Below the pieces are notes generated by a model. The model did no database searches. It saw only the letters and a list, made by a program, of their open reading frames with translations, and had not been told where the DNA came from. From Pristiophorus japonicus (taxonomy: Eukaryota): DNA of 64,000 nucleotides. Below are positions 61,118 through 64,000 of this stretch, one piece after another. Each line of letters opens with the position of its first letter. The stretch's first letter is position 1. Where the stretch lies: contig NC_091991.1 of NCBI RefSeq assembly GCF_044704955.1, forward strand, positions 164,672,001-164,736,000, written 5' to 3'. The position numbers and the translations under genes were made by a program.

Positions 61118-61633
61118 AGCACCCACAAACAGCAATGTGATAGTGACCAGGTAAACTGTTTTTGTTACGTTGAGGGATAAATATTGGCCAGGACGCCAGG
61201 GATAGATAACTCCCCTGCTCTTCTTTGAAACAGAGCCATGGGATCTTTTTACATCCACTTGAGAGAGAAGACGGGCCCCCGGTTTAACGTCTCATCTGAA
61301 AGACGGCACTTACGACAGTGTAGCACTCGCTCAGAATTGCACTGGAGTGTCAGCCTAGTTTTAAGAATATAAGAAATAGGAGCAGGAGCAGGCCACCCTA
61401 TGAGTGGAAATATCCTCTCTGTATCCACCTTGTCAAGCCCCCTCATTATCTTATATGTTGTGATAAGATCACCTCTCATTCTTCTGAACTCCAATGAGTA
61501 TAAGCCCAACTTATTCAATCTATCATCATAAGTCAACCCCCTCATCTCAGGAATTAACCTTCTCTGAACAGCCACCAATGCAAGTATATCTTTCCTTAAA
61601 TACAGAGACCAAGTTCCTGGGACCTGAACCCAC

Positions 61634-61664
<31 letters not shown>

Positions 61665-61680
61665 ACTGAGCCACAGCTGA
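61118..61680 (-). mobile_element. DeuSINE interrupted by an internally deleted CR1 fragment (~61362-61612)
   Basis: SINE Deu/body at 61118-61360 resumes at AAGTTCCTGG...CCACTGAGCCACAGCT. Confidence 0.8.
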
Positions 61681-62109
61681 TACACTTTTGTTTTACTTAA
61701 ATAAAGACAGAAAATGCTGAGCAGGTTTCAGGTTGAGTTCTGCAATGAGACGTTAACTCTCTTTCTCTCTCCACAGATGTTGTCTGACCCGCTGAGTGTT
61801 GCCAGCAGGTTCTGCTTTCATTTCAGATTTCCAGCAACCCGCACTATTTTACTTTGGCTTTAGAAGTACTTAAAGAGCTTTGGGACATCCTGAGGTCGTG
61901 CAAGGTGCTATATAAATGCAAGTTCTATCTTTCTTTCAAAGAGCTAGAATAGTGACTGCACTCCAAAAGTACTTCATTGGCTGTAACACGCTTTCAGACG
62001 TCCGGTGGTCGTGAAAGGCGCTATATAAATGCAACTCTTTCTGTCTTTGCAAGGTCTGCAAAGTGCCGAGTAGAAAGATGTTGAGTTCTGACGAAGGGTC
62101 TTTGAGAAA

Positions 62110-62470
62110 GGTGTTTGCGACCTCCCAGACCCCAGGGGGCGCTGTGCCGGGTACGGCGGCTCGGTGTGCACTCTTGTTGCGGGCAACGGCTTCTTGTCGC
62201 GGTGCTGGGGGTCGGGGGTGAGGGGTGAGGGGTGGGCGGCGCGGTTCGGTTCCCGGGCTCGGTGCCGGCTTTGGTTTTGGTGAATCGCGGGGGCCGGGGG
62301 CAGGCGGCAGGCGGCGGGGCCAAGATGCAGGAACTCATTTCCACCGTGGAGCACATCAGGTTCGAGCTGGAGATGGCGGTCGAGCAGCAGCTGGGGGCGC
62401 AGCCGCTGCCCTTCCCCGGCATGGACAGTGAGTACCGGCCCAGGCCGGGGCCCGGGCCTCGGAGATCGCC
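62110..62470 (+). promoter_or_regulatory. CpG island / CPSF4 promoter with CTCF-like site
   Basis: Very GC/CpG-rich; CCCCAGGGGGCGCTG at ~62130 resembles the CTCF core; GC boxes. Confidence 0.6.
62325..62427 (+). CDS. CPSF4: CPSF4 (CPSF30) coding exon 1; the rest of the gene lies outside the window
   Basis: gccaagATG then MQELISTVEHIRFELEMAVEQQLGAQPLPFPGMD, the CPSF4 N-terminus; donor A|GTGAGT; 103 nt; synteny with BUD31/PTCD1. Confidence 0.95.
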
Positions 62471-64000
62471 CAACACACAACCCAGGGGTCACAACACACA
62501 GCCCCGGCCCACCCCCACAACACACAGCCCCGGCCCACCCCCACAACACACAGCCCCAGGGGGCCACAACACACAGCCCCGGGGTCACAACACACAGCCC
62601 GGCCCACCCCCAAACACACAGCCCCGGGGATTGCCCAACACACAGCCCCAGGGCCCCCCCAACACACAGCCCCAGGGCCCCCCCAACACACAGCCCCGGG
62701 GTCACAACACACAGCCCCGGGGTCACAACACACAGCCCGGCCCACCCCCAAACACACAGCCCCGGGGTCACAACACACAGCCCGGCCCACCCCCAAACAC
62801 ACAGCCCCGGGGATTGCCCAACACACAGCCCCAGGGCCCCCCCAACACACAGCCCCAGGGCCCCCCCAACACACAGCCCCGGGGTCACAACACACAGCCC
62901 CGGACACCCCCAAACACACAGCCCCGGGGATTGCCCAACACACAGCCCCAGGGCCCCCCCAACACATAGCCCCAGGGCCCCCCCAACACACAGCCCCAGG
63001 GTCACAACACACAGCCCCGGACACCCCCAAACACACAGCCCCGGGGCCCCCCCAACACACAGCCCCAGGGGGCCCCAACACACAGCTCCGGGGTCACAAC
63101 ACACAGCTCCGGGGGCCCCCCCAACACACATCCCCGGGGATCGCCCACCATATAGGCCCGGGGCCCCCCCCAACACACAGCCCCAGGGGGCCCCCCCCAA
63201 CACACAGCCCCGGGGCCCCCCCCAACACACAGCCCCAGGGGGCCACAACACACAGCTCCGGGGCCCCAACACACAGCTCCGGGGTCACAACACACAGCCC
63301 CGGGGCCCCCCCAACACACAGCTCCGGGGTCACAACACACAGCCCCGGGGGCCCCCCCAACACACAGCCCCGGGGCCCCCCCCAACACACAGCCCCAGGG
63401 GGCCACAACACACAGCTCCGGGGCCCCAACACACAGCTCCGGGGTCACAACACACAGCCCCGGGGCCCCCCCAACACACAGCTCCGGGGTCACAACACAC
63501 AGCCCCGGGGGCCCCCCCAACACACAGCTCCGGGGTCACAACACACAGCCCCGGGGCCCCCCCAACACACAGCCCCGGGGCCCCCCCAAAACACAGCCCC
63601 GGGGCCCCCCCAACACACAGCCCCGGGGCCCCCCCAACACACAGCTCCGGGGCCCCAACACACAGCTCCGGGGCCCCAACACACAGCCCCGGGGCCCCCC
63701 CAACACACAGCCCCGGGGCCCCCCCAACACACAGTCCCAGGGGGCCCCCCCCAACACACAGCCCCGGGGCCCCCCCCAACACACAGCCCCAGGGGGCCAC
63801 AACACACAGCTCCGGGGCCCCAACACACAGCTCCGGGGTCACAACACACAGCCCCGGGGCCCCCCCAACACACAGCTCCGGGGTCACAACACACAGCCCC
63901 GGGGCCCCCCCAACACACAGCCCCGGGGGCCCCCCCAACACACAGCTCCGGGGCCCCCCCAACACACAGCCCCGGGGCCCCCCCAACACACAGCCCCGGG
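62471..64000. repeat. GC-rich minisatellite in CPSF4 intron 1 (~20-26 bp units, core CAACACACAGCCCCGGGG)
   Basis: Tandem variants ending in GTCA, GCCCCCC or ATTGCC, continuing to the window end. Confidence 0.97.

Noticed and set aside
61974-63989. Long Cys/Gly/Val-rich ORFs on the minus strand (up to 432 aa), superficially keratin-associated or metallothionein-like
   Set aside because: Open in several frames at once because the minisatellite lacks stop codons; they overlap CPSF4 exon 1 antisense
62471-64000. Repeat/spacer-like periodicity resembling a CRISPR array
   Set aside because: The variable parts are re-used short variants rather than unique spacers; eukaryotic intron; no cas genes

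Overview
Eukaryotic, repeat-dense vertebrate DNA. The SacSINE1/DeuSINE-type SINEs and CR1, RTE and Penelope families point to a cartilaginous fish (shark). The window holds the conserved BUD31(+) / PTCD1(-) / CPSF4(+) cluster. BUD31 is complete: 4 coding exons, 144 aa, 14972-33277. PTCD1 is complete: 8 coding exons, ~751 aa, 59366-35865. Only the first coding exon of CPSF4 is present (62325-62427), followed by a GC-rich minisatellite running off the window end. Most of the remainder is transposon-derived: two full-length but decayed Mag-type Gypsy LTR elements (paired LTRs, 5-bp TSDs, tRNA-Ser PBS), a solo LTR, many CR1/L2/RTE fragments, DeuSINEs, Penelope remnants and MITEs. The most notable observations are: a minimal hammerhead-ribozyme motif in a Penelope-derived repeat; independent nested insertions at the same or nearly the same position in three CR1 copies; a non-canonical FQDD RT motif shared by both Gypsy elements; an apparently extra PTCD1 intron relative to human; a candidate divergent micro-exon at the BUD31 promoter; and several strong hairpins. 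I cannot support a clearly new biological system from sequence alone. Repeat family names and human comparisons are from recall and were not checked against databases.
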